A stretch of DNA of 58,315 nt, filler included, from Bipalium vagum (GCA_037834085.1; 3 parts of 3 records of this genome joined end to end with filler, not necessarily neighbours in it), one strand, 5' to 3'; numbered from the whole stretch's first letter, positions 37,048 to 51,563 are shown. Notes: generated by a model from the sequence alone, not told the origin. Numbers and translations are program-made.

Positions 37048-38244
37048 TATTATTATCATTAGTATTTATGCATTATTTATCATTTTTATTATTTATTTTT
37101 CCCCGGGGGGTGTCTTGGTAAACCCAACATAACTAAAAATTCAATTATATTGATTGGAGAATTTAGAGTGAAAGAAGGTCAGATAAAAAATATAGATTAA
37201 AACAATAAATTTAATCTTTTCAACAAAACACGTTGATCAGGGTTTCCGTCAAAATATTGTTTATTTTATTAATACCTGGATACTAAGTATAATATTCTGT
37301 AATAATAGTTTATTATTATTTCGTTCCATGACTGCTTTCTTACGTGGTTGGTAGTTCAATACATTTAACGAGGTAGAATCCGCATGCCATGAGTTTTTAC
37401 TCCTAAACAGAAGGAATGGTATTGAATTGCTTGCAGAAAGATGAATGACTGTCATAGAAAATGATAGTTTGTATTTTAAATAATAGTGTTTTTTTGTTTT
37501 GGTAAAATCTTTTGTTAAATAAATATTGATTTTATGCAAAAATACTTTCCGACCAACCTATTATTTATGATAAATTAAATTGATGCGGAGACCGAGCTTT
37601 AGCAAAATTAAGAATTGATCGCTTAATTTGAAGACTCCTAATTAATGACTTTTATCAACTTTTAAAAATCTACTAATAAAAATATGCAAAAGTCCTTTCG
37701 TTCATAATGAATATATCACTTTATATCATTTATATCACAAAAATATTAATCCTGTTCTAAATTGAAAAAATCTCACATTTAATAAGTTAATAAAATTGAC
37801 AGAAAACTCCTAACTTACAAAATCCCAACAGGTTTAATGAAACGACCTTAACAAGTAGAATTTCAGAATTTAGTATTATTATATCAAGCATAATTATTGG
37901 GTGATGCATCACTAGTTTAATACTTCAACAAATTTAGATTCAGTGGAAAATAAATAACTAAAAAATAAATAATTAAATTAATATTTTTTAGATTTGTGAT
38001 ATTTCTCGCATCTCTAAATGAGAAACATAAAATCTACCATTTTTCAAAATATTGACACTCAACTTTATAATGATAAAATAAGAGTATAATCATTATTATT
38101 ATTATTATCATTATTTTTATAAATTAAATCTCTCCAAACAAATGATATTTGACAATTTGCCGTGAAAACCAAGTGAGAAAATCAAATTGACTTCATAATA
38201 ATATTTCGCTGAGTTAAAAACGAATATTATTTCTCCTTGTAATT

Positions 38245-38517
38245 CTATAATATCAAAAAATTGGAAGCACTAACTTTTTTGAAAATATCATCTTGTTCCG
38301 GTGGAATGTTCAGTAAGCTATGTCGCAAGTCAACACAAGGCACTCTAGTGGTCAGCATTGATGTACGACGACTCTGATGTATTTCATATATAGAAAATTC
38401 GCTGTCGTTATTTTGACTTGATCCACTGGATCTTTTCCGATACCAATTCCAGTTGTCTTCGGGCGCCGCAAGACTCTTGGAAACATCTTGCATGGTCATA
38501 ATTCTATTGGGAAACAT
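38245..38517 (-). CDS. Candidate coding exon of an unidentified gene
   Basis: A 90-codon ORF with GC above its flanks and a possible GTTAGT donor near its end. No recognisable family. Confidence 0.4.
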   Translation of the reverse strand: MFPNRIMTMQDVSKSLAAPEDNWNWYRKRSSGSSQNNDSEFSIYEIHQSRRTSMLTTRVPCVDLRHSLLNIPPEQDDIFKKVSASNFLIL

Positions 38518-38987
38518 TTCTTTGCTTATTTAAAATATATTGAAGATTTAAAATTAATGTGATTTAGACCCAATTTCATTGGATAAAAGACAGCAAATTA
38601 TTCCCTGTATAATGGATAAAGAAAGTACAGAATTTCTGTTAAACCTCAGTATATGAAGAATTTTTAAAAATTTTTCACCATGTTTGGAATTTTATATTTT
38701 CTTTTAATTAAGCTAAATAAAGTGTGGTTAAAACAATTAGCAAACCAATAAAAGTTTGAAAAAATTCTATATAAAGATATTAAAGTGAAATAAATATCAA
38801 AACTCTAATATAGCTACTGAACCCATTACAGACCCCGTCTTAAAATTTAAATAGAAAATATAATCTTGTAATATAAAGTGAAAGAAAAAAAAATTCGCAC
38901 ATTTCACGTTTTAAGCATTTAAAAGTTTTATTAATAAAAATCTGTCAGATTTTTGAATAGGTCAATAGAAAACTTTAAAAAATTTTA

Positions 38988-40000
38988 TTAGGGTGATTCA
39001 TTTCGTTTTTTATGAAATAATGAAAAACGAAATAAAATAAGTAGATTTTTTCATTAAATATTAAAGCAAAGACCATTGACCTCTTAACCCATCTATCCTC
39101 CAATTATTCCATTCCGTGATGATATTATTAATATTTCTTCCTTTTCCACGTAGCCAATAAAGAATGATAAATTGTTCAAATACATTATTTTTAAACTAAA
39201 AAAATTTAAATTTGAATTATTAAATTGATTTAATTTATGCCAATGTTAGAGGAGATGCTCCATTGCTGGAAAAATGATAATCCAATGGAACAAGGTCAAA
39301 ATTTCATGTTAGATTTTGTAAAAACTGAACAGATTCCAATTCTTTTCCAGCTACATTGTTTCATACATTCAATCTAATTGTATGAATAGAAGTTTGCTTC
39401 TAATTTTTTTTGTTTGGAACAAATTCAAATTGAAATTCCACCAAACGCACAATAGAACATTTTCTGAGAACTGTTTGCTTTTTGAAACTGGTTTGTCCAC
39501 CTGGACCATATTAAACCATTGATTTTTCTGTTTATTTTGCTAAGGTAGATCTATGTTTCATTTTGTCGTAATAATTTGGCAAATAAAACGGTCATCACGG
39601 AGATTTTCAAAAACAGTTTAGTGTATACTTCAATACGAATTAGTGCTTGATTTTATGTTAAATCATGAAACACATATTTGCAACATCTATTGACCTTTTC
39701 GATAGCTTTCAGATGTCGGACAGCGGTTAACTGACACACATTATGTTCATTTGACAATCTTCTAGTGATAGTCAATGGATTATTTTTATCTTATTTGCGT
39801 AGATTTTCCCAATTCATTTTGATAGGTCTGTCGGAGCTTGGATGATCCTAGCGCTCTTATTGTGATTAAATTTTGTGAACCATATTTGAGGTACAAGTTG
39901 ACAAAACATCTTCACTATCCACCTCACATATTCTTTCAGCCGCTGCACTTCCACTTAAATCTTGTTTCCAATAATGTCGAATTTCCATTTTTCCATATTT
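38988..40000 (-). mobile_element. Degenerate mariner element
   Basis: The N-terminus reads MEKMEIRHYWKQDLSGSAAAERICEV; the core is heavily decayed. A TTAGGGTGATTC TIR-like end lies near 38988. Confidence 0.65.
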
Positions 40001-40169
40001 ATTGGAACTAAAATTAAATATTATTTTATATCAGTTCATTTACCTACTTTTAGAATATTTCGTCACCTTCAAAATAACTCAATATGTACAACTCAATTAA
40101 TTTAAATGTTTATAACTATATAATAATAAATTTATTTTAGAACATCTAAGATAGAACATATACTTCGAC

Positions 40170-40500
40170 ATATTATTCGAACTGTGGAACGTGGAAGTAG
40201 TAGTGTTATAGTTTGGAGCTGTATCCGCGCAACTGGAGTAGAATAATTTTTAGTAATAGAAGGCATTGTGAATGTTCTGAAATATGATTAAAAAAATCCA
40301 AGGCAATTTAAAAAAAATGTGAAAAAATTAGATATTGAAAAACGTTCCAGCATGACAATGATATGAAGCATACTGCTAAAATAACCAATGAACTTTTTGC
40401 TATATAAGGCCAAAAATATATTAGTTAATCCGCCACAATTACCAGATATTAACCATATAGAAAGTTTGTGGTCCCATTTGGAAAAATAATTCGAGTAACG
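40170..40500 (+). mobile_element. Tc1-like transposase remnant
   Basis: Reads GSSSVIVWSCI, FQHDNDMKHTAK and PPQLPDINHIESLWSHL. Confidence 0.8.
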
Positions 40501-40889
40501 ATATATAAGTATAACTTTAATGTTTCTTAAATGGTAAACATGAAAAATGTTTTTAATTCATATTTTTAGCTTGAATTTATTTAAAATATAATTCCAAACA
40601 TTTGGCAATTGAAAATGATAAATTAGTAACATTAATTGGTGGGCTATTTGATATTTTCTAGATGGCTTCATTTATATTAAAATCCTGCTCTCCGTTCTGA
40701 TAACTTAATTATATTTTATTTTCCATTTTAATAAATAAAAATATAATTGTTGAATTAAAAGAATTTCTAAAATAATTTAATATGACTTCGAAATGTCAAA
40801 GCTTCTTTCATTTTAGACATTTTAAATTTTAGCTATTTTAGCCCAGGAAGACTATTTATAATTATTGATAATAATTTCATAAATTTAAG

Positions 40890-40906
40890 TATTATTATTA
40901 TTATTA

Positions 40907-40952
<46 letters not shown>

Positions 40953-41025
40953 TATTACTATTATTACTATTTATTACTATTATTACTATTATTATCATTA
41001 GTGTTATTGTTATTATTATTATTAA
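40890..41025. repeat. (TTA)n microsatellite, imperfect
   Basis: Directly visible. Confidence 0.9.
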
Positions 41026-41379
41026 TATTTTTATATCAATTTTGTAAACTACACCACAAATGGAATATAAGTTAAAAATAGGAATGTACGTGGCTTTCGA
41101 ATAAAATTAAGAAGTCCATGAAATATTCTACATAAAGCAATTAGTATATAAAAGCAAATATTCTTGATGTCCTAAATAATAACTATTTAATAAAGATATT
41201 TACAGAGAGACCGTTAAAAGTGTACAAGCTGGTTGAGGTTTGCATCGTTATTTGCCTTTTGCTTCTAGGAGGACAAGAGAGAATGACATTATTTGTCAGG
41301 TATATGAAGCATATGATAACAAAGCTCCTTTCAAGGCAATTATTTATAATTGAATCACAGAATTTTTTCTGGCAGGACC

Positions 41380-41850
41380 AATATGCCTGATGAAGAAAAA
41401 AGTAGACGACGAAATTAGGGAAGAAAAATTCGAAAAAATATTATTATTATGAAAGATGAGAGACAAGTAACGAACAGAGAGCTGTTTACTAGAGTTAATT
41501 TAAGCAAGAAAAACACACAGAACACGATGAAGAACATTGAGATTAGAAAATTATGCAGTCATTTTTTGAAAAGATAAGTTAGAAAAACGTATATTAGCGT
41601 GCTAAGAAAATCTGGTCATATTCCATGCTTTGCGTTAAATATTTTTTCAGAATATTATAACAAAGGATGAGAAGCGATTGAATCTTGTGAATCGTTTTTC
41701 CAGAAAAAAAGTCACAAAAATAATTTGTTCAAAGAAATCTCATCAAAAACTTTCTAGATCAATACTGACTCGAAAAATATTTATTTGACATTATGATTTT
41801 TACAATTGGACTCTTTTATGGGATGAGCAAAGTACAGAAGTCTTTTAGCA
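41380..41850 (+). mobile_element. Highly degenerate mariner-like remnant
   Basis: Fragments EIRKLCSHF and RIIITKDEKRL resemble mariner RKxxxRWVP and IxTxDExW. Confidence 0.45.
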
Positions 41851-42554
41851 CAAACTTAGTTGATGCACAAAAGTCCTAAGCATGTTACCGGCTAGCGGCT
41901 GTGTAAATTGGTAAAAAAAAGAAGAAAATGGGAGAGAAATAAAATTGTATTTTATTCTTGAAAAACTTCGAGCATTTATTTATAAGAACTTATGAAAAAT
42001 ATTACCAAGTCAATCAGTAAAGATTGCTTGATAGTTTATAATATAATCGAGAAATAAAATTAAACTTCTGTTACGAAAAATCGCAGAGTTTTTACATTTT
42101 AAGAAGAAATTCCTTACTAAGAATGTTAATTTGAAAATATTCTTTGACCACAGTGTCTGCTTTTGAAAATCTTTAAAGTTTCAGTGACTCACTGTTCTCT
42201 TCTGTATGTCTCTCTGTGAACAGATTTTGTGCGAGTTTTGTGCAATTTATTTTTGTCCGTTTTAACTATTTCTTGTTGGCTTATATATAATTTTTGTGAA
42301 TATTTCTATTTTTATGCATATAATTTCTACTTTTAGCAAATTCTAATTTCTGTATTTATTTTATATATGTGAGGATTAAAATGTTTTAAATAATTTAATT
42401 AGTTTAAATATTTATTATTTAAATTAATTAATTAATTTGTTTGAATAATTGTTATATTAAAATATATAATTTCGAAATGAGTCTTGATAACTTATCTACC
42501 GATATAAATGTAACTAACAATATACAAATTCTTTATTTATTCTACTGTAATAAT

Positions 42555-42770
42555 AACAGATTGGCCTGTCTGTAGTCTGGATCTGAACCCAATGAAAAAT
42601 TTATGGGCCATATTTTCCAGGCGAGTATATGAAAATGGTTAACAATTTTTTCTGCTACTGAACGTCGGGAGACTATTTTTAAGGTTTGGAATGAAATTGA
42701 ACCGGAGATTCTGAAGAAATTGGTTGCAGATGTTGCAAAAACAATTAGCCATAAATTATATTAATGCACT
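42555..42770 (+). mobile_element. Tc1-like C-terminal remnant
   Basis: Reads DWPVCSLDLNPM..., a decayed WPxxSPDLNPIE motif. Confidence 0.55.
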
Positions 42771-43856
42771 TAATTTCACACTGTTTCGACAATATATTAT
42801 AGTATCTAGAAATTTTGATGTGGATTTACAATTATTTTAGGCCTCATAATTATTTCCTTCTTTTATTTAATAAATTCTTGAAATCTCACATTTTTATAGT
42901 TACTTTCAAATATTTTCACTACATTTCTGTAGTGCTTGATAAAATTAAATAATTTCAGATAAATTCAAATAGAAGACCTATTTCTTTTTTAAATTCTTAT
43001 AAAAAATTAGTGGATTTATAATTATTTCCTCCATTGTACTTCCTATGAGGTCTCATTGATTATAAGGTGTTGCTACTATACATACTTTTTAGTAAACCTC
43101 TTATATTTCCGGATAAAATTAAATTTCGATTAAAATATTTGAGATTTTTTCAGAACTTATAAAAATATTCTCCGAAGCACTAAAAGAAACTAGACCTGGG
43201 TATTTTATTGAGAATTTTTATTTGTTAATTTTTATAAAATATTTTTATGGTGTACGAAGAATCCATATTTAACGCTTTTAATTAAATATCTTTCCTTCAA
43301 AAAGGCTGAACAGAATTCATTTGCTTAGGACAGAAATTGTTTTAATAATCTTCTCTATCCTTCCTTCTCATTTTGTAAAAGAAATAATATCTCTTCAGTG
43401 CATTTTTGACTAGCATCTTTATATTATTTTTTTATTTTACCACATTAATTGATTGCAGTGATGAAAGAATTTTCTAAATATAAAATCTCATTACGAGTTT
43501 ATAAAAATAAGAATTTTTCAACGATTCAGTCAGTGAAAGAGGCAGTGTTTTCTCAAATCTTGTTACGATATCTAAAACGGATGAGGGATAGATTGGAGAT
43601 CATTGGAAAAGCGGTTTTGCCTTTTGTATTTTTCGATTTCAGAATAAATTCAACACATAAAATATCGAAATCCAAATAAATCTTTTCCTTATCACATACT
43701 TTATTCAGTAATAATTAAAATATTTTTTCTCGAAATTCCATAAAATAAGCAATGAAAAAATTGTAAGAAATTATATAATGATTTTCCTGAAATTTCATGA
43801 GAACTAAATTGTCTTTAGAATGAGAAGATATTCTTCAAAAAACTTTTAATAATATA

Positions 43857-44700
43857 CAGGGTGGTCGCTACAAAAGCGGAAATTTGGCATACAGCTATTT
43901 ATTTTTATAAAGAATAACTTTTACAAAGGTTTATACTCATAGATGCTCAAAATATCGTTCGTGCACTTCAGAGCAGCGTCTTAACCTAGAAATATAGAGT
44001 ATAAGCTCGTGTAGGGTTTTGAAGAGTAACTTGTATCGCTCCAGTTCTTCACAAGGTTGTTTTCAAATCATCAACAGAGTTCATCACATCGACAATTGTG
44101 AAGCTCTGTTAATAACAAGCTCCAAACGCAGTAATTCAAGACATTTAAGTCAGGACTTTTGGAGGGTCATTTTTCCCGATACAATGAAATCAGGAGTAGA
44201 TTTCTGAAGAATTGAACTGAACCAGTTTCTGTGTGAGTCCTGCCACCATCCTGCTATCATGTCCATATTTGGTCGTTCATTACGTGTTATAGATCACTGA
44301 ACATCTGTGGACACATCTCTTCACAATAAACTTGCTGTTTTATTGTTTTTTTCTTCCTGCCTTCACATCTCTGATAATATTCTTTAAGAAATCGAAGCGT
44401 CGTTTTGCCATACCATGAAACTGCAGCATAACAAAGAACAGATGGTTGCAAATTGTCATATTCCACAAGCAGATCTTTCTCAGGTTCTTAGCTTTTACAC
44501 TCACTTATCAGTAAATGAGATCATTTTGTGTATTCAAAGGTGGTCGTAATGAAAACCTTGCTTCGTCCAAAAACCATACTTTTCCAAGCACATTCTGGTT
44601 CATAACGATCGATCAGTGCAAGATATTTGTTTTTTGCTCATATCCTGATATCGATCAGTGTATTTACCAATTATTTTAATCATAATTAATTCAAGATTTC
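43857..44700 (-). mobile_element. maT/DD37D-like ITm remnant
   Basis: TA-CAGGGTGGTC terminus. The minus strand has QDGGRTH and PDLNVLNYCVW. Confidence 0.7.
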
Positions 44701-45959
44701 ATCAGAGTTTTCTCAAATTTCAATGTAAGATTTAAATCCACTTATAATTTTTAATATTACAAAATGAATTAATCAGCTTCCTTGTATTGGGTCTATAAAT
44801 TGAAAGAGTGCGTATTTTGTAAATAAGTCTCCAAATTTGCAATCAAACCGAAGTATTTTCTTAAGTGAGTAAATTTTAACTTCAAGATAATCCCTAATTA
44901 ATATATACATATAAATTTTTGTTTTAATATTTCAAATTATTACCAGTCATCCCAAGACATGAATATAAGGCATCGTTTATTGTTCCAATTGAAGAAAAGG
45001 AGAAGTGAGAATTTGGATTTTTCAGATTCTAAATGTCCTTATCAATCAAAATAAACATCAGATGAAAACTTTAAGAATATTTTAGTATAGGGTTCGCTAT
45101 ACAACTTGGAATTAAACAGTAGACAATATTCCGTCACTCAAACAGTAGGGAAAGATTAAAGAAGCTTTCAGAGGAGGGCTTTATAATTTTACTTCGGAGA
45201 ACAAGTAAAGACAATAAAAATGTGGCTTCCCTCATAACAAGAGTTAAGAAGTAAAGTTTTTACACAAGATAGTAATGGGGGATTAAAAATTAGTATATCA
45301 TTAAAACTTCAAACGAAATAAATCATAACTGCTTCAAGTAATATATAACATCCCTATAAATAAAGCACATTTTGAACAAATTTAGTAAAATATATACATA
45401 TATTTTAAAACTTATTCTTTTAAGTATTGTGCGTGATAGCCATTTCATATTCAACCCTTGAACACGTTAATCTCATAAATTACAAAAAAGTTTACATAAT
45501 ATAATAATAATAATAATAAATATTTTTATAACATATTTTATTTGCATATTCAAAAATCGTTGCGACAATGGCGTCAGATATCATTATTAATATACAAACA
45601 AGACATTGATAAATCGGAAGCTTTTAAGACCAATGTTAAATAAAAGATAATATTAACTACAAACTCATTTGTTAGATTTTTTATTAGAAATGAAAACGAA
45701 ATATTAATATTAAAAAAAAATCACACTATAAACGATTTGAGTTAACGTAAGGGCTATGATTAGCAAACCTGACTACTATTGCAGTACCTGACCATTGAAA
45801 TAGACTCAAACAAAAAATATCGTTTTTTTAATCTTAAATTCAATTTAAATTGATTTTTTAAAGTAATTCATTATTAAATACAAGAATAATAATTTATTAA
45901 ACTGAAAACACTAAAAAATATTATACGTATCTATTGCACAAAAGAAATTAATATTTGGT

Positions 45960-46310
45960 CCGCATTCTCTTATTTTTATGAAGTAGCTGCACTCTTGATT
46001 GCGTTATTTTGACAAAATTTTTTGGCTGTCTGTTAAACATCTTTGTTGTTATGCCAGAAATACTGTATTTTCTGGATCATTTCACATTTCTTAGTCACTT
46101 CTTCTAAAGCGAGCTGATCTTTCAAAGTCTTCCAAACATTCTCTATCGGATATATGTCAGGAGAATTACCGGATCAAAGTGGTATTTTTTCTGCATTGAG
46201 ATATTTTTTAATTACCTTAGCTCTGTGGCAAGGTGCTCCATCATACATAAACTGAAATCGTTCATGAACAGGAAACCAAATTGGTAATAGAGGCAGTTTT
46301 TGCAGTTTTT
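45960..46310 (-). mobile_element. Tc1-like transposase remnant
   Basis: Reads FQFMYDGAPCHRAKVIKKYL...GNSPDIYPIENVWKTLK. Confidence 0.8.
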
Positions 46311-46469
46311 AAAATTTGTTAACCCCTGGGATTCTCATTTATTTGCCGATTTAAATTTTCTTTGTTTTAGTTTGCTGCTTAAACATATGGTTTCAAGTTT
46401 ATTAATGTTATTAACCATTATCCTCTGGAATAGGTGATCCAAAAAATCGCTGGACAAACAACAAATTCG

Positions 46470-47382
46470 AACAATTATTTATTACGAATGGAAATATAAC
46501 ACAAGCACAAATGAAACTGTCTTAAAAATTAACGAGGTGCTTCGTGAAGGAGCAATGCAACTGCGAACAGTGCAAAATTGGTTAACTTGTAAACTCGACA
46601 AATGGGTTTCCCACCAACTAGCTGAAAAAAACAAGTTTGATAGTATTGAAATTTGTTCAAGACTTCTCGAAAGAAACTGAAATGATCCTTTTCTCGACCG
46701 GATAGTCACTTGAAATGAAAAGTGAATCTATCATAGCGACATAACCAGACGAAGATCGTGGTTGTTGAAAGGAGAGCCTCCACAAAAAATTGAAAAATGC
46801 AACTATGCACTAAACAAGGTTTTTTAAGCATTTGGTGGGATTTTCGTTGAATTATTTATCAGGCGTTTCTCAAATCGGGGGAAACCATTAATTCTGATGC
46901 TTATTGCGACATGTTAAGAAGAGTTCATGCCATTAGGAAGGAAAACCTGAGCAGTTTGATTAACCGAAAACAAGTGATTTTCCACCAAGATAATGCCAAG
47001 CCTCACAAATCAATGACGACATTGAAGGTTATTCAGGAATTGAACTGGGCTCTAATGGAACATTCGCCATATAGTCCCGATATCGCCCCATCCGATTTTT
47101 ATTTGTTCCGGGTATTACAGAATCACTTGATGGGTAAAATGTTTAAGAGTTCCAAAGCTATAAAGAAAGAAGTACTTTCTGTCTTTCATTCAAAGATCGA
47201 GATTTCTTTAATACTGGGATCAATAAACTTTTAAATAGATGGGAGGCAGTAATAGAAAAAGATTTGGAATATCTGGATGATTGATTATTTAATAATTTTT
47301 TATGATTAATAAATTAAATTTAACTTCAGTCTTAGTTTAGTTTTTAATTAAAAAACGAAAAAACTTGTTACCTGATAATTAT
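46470..47382 (+). mobile_element. Mariner (DD34D) element, degenerate
   Basis: Reads KWVSHQL, DPFLDRIVT*NEK, FHQDNAKPH and HSPYSPDIAPSDFYLF. Confidence 0.9.
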
Positions 47383-48429
47383 TAATGTAGTTTTATAGAT
47401 TGAGCGAATGAAAGTTCCGACTTACGAATTTATTTTTTCGTACGTACCCAACCAATTAACTTTTTGAGTCAGATAAATTACTTACTTGGTCTATGTTCAA
47501 AATAATAACAATTTTATCTTATTTTTCCAATTATAATATTATCTGTTTTATAATTTACAATTTAAAGATTGTTTGAATGATAATAATTTCATCATTTTCG
47601 ACCGCTCTTAAAAACTTAAATAAAAATATAAATTTGTGATAAGAAGATAATGAAAAATTGTTTTAAAAAATTAGAGTTATTATTGTTTGATGTAATTATG
47701 TTCCATTTATTGTTTGAAAGTGATGTCAAACATTTTTAATGTAAATTGTTTTAATTAATCAATTTTCCTTTTTATTTATGTAATTTAAAGAGACAGTAGA
47801 AAAAAATAAATATGAGGAGAATGAGACTTATTTTATAAACTTATTAATAATAAATATTATATATTATTTATTTATTATTACTTTTTATTATTTTGAAATT
47901 AGCTGAAAACTCTCTTTTTTAAACTAAACATTAATATCATCTTTTTATATTATTTAAATAATATTGATACCGAAGTGAAGTAACAAACCCAACTCACACC
48001 TTAAAAAAATATTTTTATTGATTTATTCTAAAATCAGAATAAAACTTATCAGATTTATCTTAGAGTTTAATGTGAAATAATTCTAAAGCTTTCTCTTTTT
48101 TTATAATGTTTTTCATCAGAAATTATCGTTATTGGTTTATTTTATTATATCAGTCTGTCGGATTAGAAATGCCGTTTTTATTAATAAAAACAAAAATAAG
48201 ATATATTAATCCAAAATAAAGTAGGCTGCCAATTTATTGTGGACACATCAATTTTTCGTTAATTTAAGATTATAAAACCACAATGGTTTTAGAACTGCTT
48301 AAGCTTAAATTAAACCACTCTAATGTAAAATACAATAATACTAGTAAGGAATTGTATAAAAAATTTAAATTAATACGAAATGATAATAAAAGTTCAAAAA
48401 TAAAAATGTATTAGTTATTTTTAATATTT

Positions 48430-49300
48430 TGTAACACAATCCTAGCAGATATCAGAGCTTTAATATGACTTGGCGAGTTAAGGCTTTCTTTCAATTTCTC
48501 TGATTAATAATTCAACTTCGATATAAGATCTTCCGTATGTGTTATCAGATAATTTGGTAATTCCCGTTTAGTCATCTCACATAATTTTTCAACGAGATTC
48601 AAATCCGTGCTGTATGGTAGATGAGGATGAACTTACGACTTCAATTCCTCAATTTTCTTCTGAAAGACTTTCGTAATGTGTAACCTAGCGAATCTTGAAG
48701 GATTTTTACCACCTTTGTATAGGCACCCTGAATGCTCAGTTTTTTGTCCATGAGACTTTTTGCGATAAATATTTATTTTAGGCCTTTGATTCGGGGACTT
48801 ACCAAAACATAATCACTGCCCCTTTCTGATATGGTTTTTATAACTTAACTATTTTTGACCCGTGTGATGATAGACTTGAAAGACCTTTTGATTTTGGCAC
48901 TGCGGAGGAGAAATCCGGCCATGGTGACTCGTGTTGCCTTATTTGTGTCGCTAAGCTGGCGGGCACCTATTTTCCGCAACGGTTCATCTTTCCAATGGTG
49001 TGCAAGTGATCAGCAATGGTTGAATGATATCATCCGAACTTCTCCACAAGTTCAGTTTTAGTTTGCGTTGGATCTAATTCGACGTAATCCTTAAGTGCCT
49101 CAATATGAACAATTCCTGAACGTTTCCAATACACTTCGTCTTCCTTGTTTTCATTAATATTTAATACTAGCGCTGGTATTGCCGTTATAAAGGAATATCA
49201 TTACCGAATACTTTGGACATACTATTGTAGGATTCAGATGCATGTTTCCTAACTTGAAATCATACAGCAGGCAAGTACTTATACTATCTATACCATTTTT
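48430..49300 (-). mobile_element. Degenerate mariner/Tc1-type remnant
   Basis: Reads HSTIADHLHTIGKMNRCGK*VP and HPHLPYSTDLNLVE. Confidence 0.7.
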
Positions 49301-49315
49301 AAAATTTAAAAAATA

Positions 49316-50376
49316 TTAGATGCATTAATATGATTCCGGCTTTTATAAAAATTACTCAAAAATTGTGGTTCAATGAATAAATAAAATTGGTGTCAAGTAT
49401 TATTTGTGAGATTATATATTAATAATTCAATAAAAGCATATAACTTTATTTAAGTAGATTTGTTGAAATGATACTGAAATCAAAATGTCTACTTTTGTTC
49501 CAAATAAATTTCATTTGCGGGAAGTAATGTTGCAGCACGTTTTTGCAAAGAAAACCTATGAAGAAACACTGCTTGTTGGTAGAAGATTACGACAAATATG
49601 CTCCTTCCTCTACGACATACAAAAAGAATGGTTTTACCGATTCAGAAATGAAGATTACGACATCATGGACAAAGACGAACAGTCAATTGTGTTAAATGTG
49701 AGCCAAGGATGTATTTTTAAACCTCTCAGAAGTATAAAAATGATTAGAAAATTATAGAAATGGATTCCACTTAGATTGATGGAAAGATATATTGAAAGGT
49801 GACTTGCAATTTGTGATATCCATATTCAGAGGTAACAAGGAAAAAGTTTCTTGCATAGTATTGTAATAGGAAACGAGACCTAGATTTGAACTGTTGAAAC
49901 CATTAGAAAATATGACTGGCGAACGTTATCGATCCAAAATAATTCGTTTGAAGCGAGCTATGAAAGAGAAAATGCCATAATGAGCTGGTTGACATGATAA
50001 GATAGTTTTACTACACGACAACAACAGACAGTATGTTCATTCTATTGTAAATAATTACTTAGAAGGTACAAAATATGGAGTCTTATATCACCCACCATAT
50101 TCACAAGCTTGTGCTAGTTCGGATTTCCAATTTTTTGCTGCGTGCAATCCGCGCTTTCTGGGAAGTGGTTCAGTTCCAATGAAGACCTTCAAAAATGGAT
50201 TGATAGTTGAATTTTTTCAAAAGAATCAGAATTTGTTTTGTGGAATCCATCCATTGCCTAAAAGATGATCCACTGCCATATCTATGAATAACTGGTTTAT
50301 TAAAAGTTATTAAATAAAACTTTTAAAAATGTCTTTTTATATTAAAAAAAAGCTGGAATCATACCAAGTCACCTAA
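49316..50376 (+). mobile_element. Mariner element, Mos1/mauritiana-like, degenerate
   Basis: TA-flanked imperfect TIRs ttagatgcattaatatgattccggctttt and aaaagctggaatcataccaagtcacctaa. It reads MSTFVPNKFHLREV (Mos1-like N-terminus), LLHDNNRQ and HPPYSQACASSDF. Confidence 0.88.
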
Positions 50377-51563
50377 TATATTAAACATTATATCAAAAAG
50401 GGTATTAAATTAAATGTGCTTTAAAATAAATACAAATATGTACGATAAGCAAATTATTTTAGCAAAGCAATTTACCATTTATATAAACGACATTTCCAGT
50501 CCGGGAACCTGATAATATATCTTTACAGGCTTAGTAATTTCCCAAAACTTTCATAAGACTGAAATGCACTCCTGAATTCCAATGTATCATGTCGTTTTTG
50601 ATTATGTCGCATTTAATTTTATAAAGTATATTACTTATTACGTTATAATAAATTTTCTTAAGTCTTTACAAAATATGAAGCGCTGTGATATCTTGGGAGT
50701 CTGTTTGGCAACTGTCCTGATTCTTTTGAATATGGAGATTAGCTTGTTAAAAAACATAATTTATTCTTAACTTTTCAATCCTGATAAAATGTCAGAAAGG
50801 TTCGGGTTTTCCATTTGCCTCTCTCTCTTTTATATTTCTTTCGAGTCTGTAAAGTAGACAATCTCAGACTTGCTATTCGTTCACATTAATTGAATATTTA
50901 TGCTTTTGGAAAATATCCTATTTATTAGCATTCATGTATTATATTTCCTTTTAATTATGCTTATATGATGAACTAACGAAAAAAATAATAAATATTTTCA
51001 TGAAAACAATCCAAAGCTCAATTTTTAAGACCCCTTTGATTGATGAAAATGAAGTATATTTCGGAGTTCATTTTCATAACTTTCAAAATTAAGAATAATG
51101 ACACTAGAGATGTTCTGATGATGACAAGCATGGTAAAATGATAATATTTTATCATTTCTTGTAGTACAATAAGACTAAAACTTTTTACTCACTAAAATTA
51201 ATTTTATCTTTTAAATATTTTTTTCATGAATTATTGAGATAATTTAAGGTATTTATGCTTATGCCTTTAACTTTTATCTAGGATCTTGTAGAACATATTA
51301 TGACAGAGTCAAATACTTTGAATCACCTCTGTAGAGCATTTATTTTGCCTTTATTTTATCCATATTTTAACCAAATTTGAAGTTTAAGCTTTCTAAATTT
51401 TTTAAAGAAATGGATTCTGTTGCCCCACTAAATAAAATAAATTGTAAGGAAAATAATATATACATGATATAATAATAATACATGAGGTCTTTGAAGAGTT
51501 AAATTCTATTCAATTATACTATCAATGCATTATTCACATAGTTTCTATCATACCAGAGAGCTT

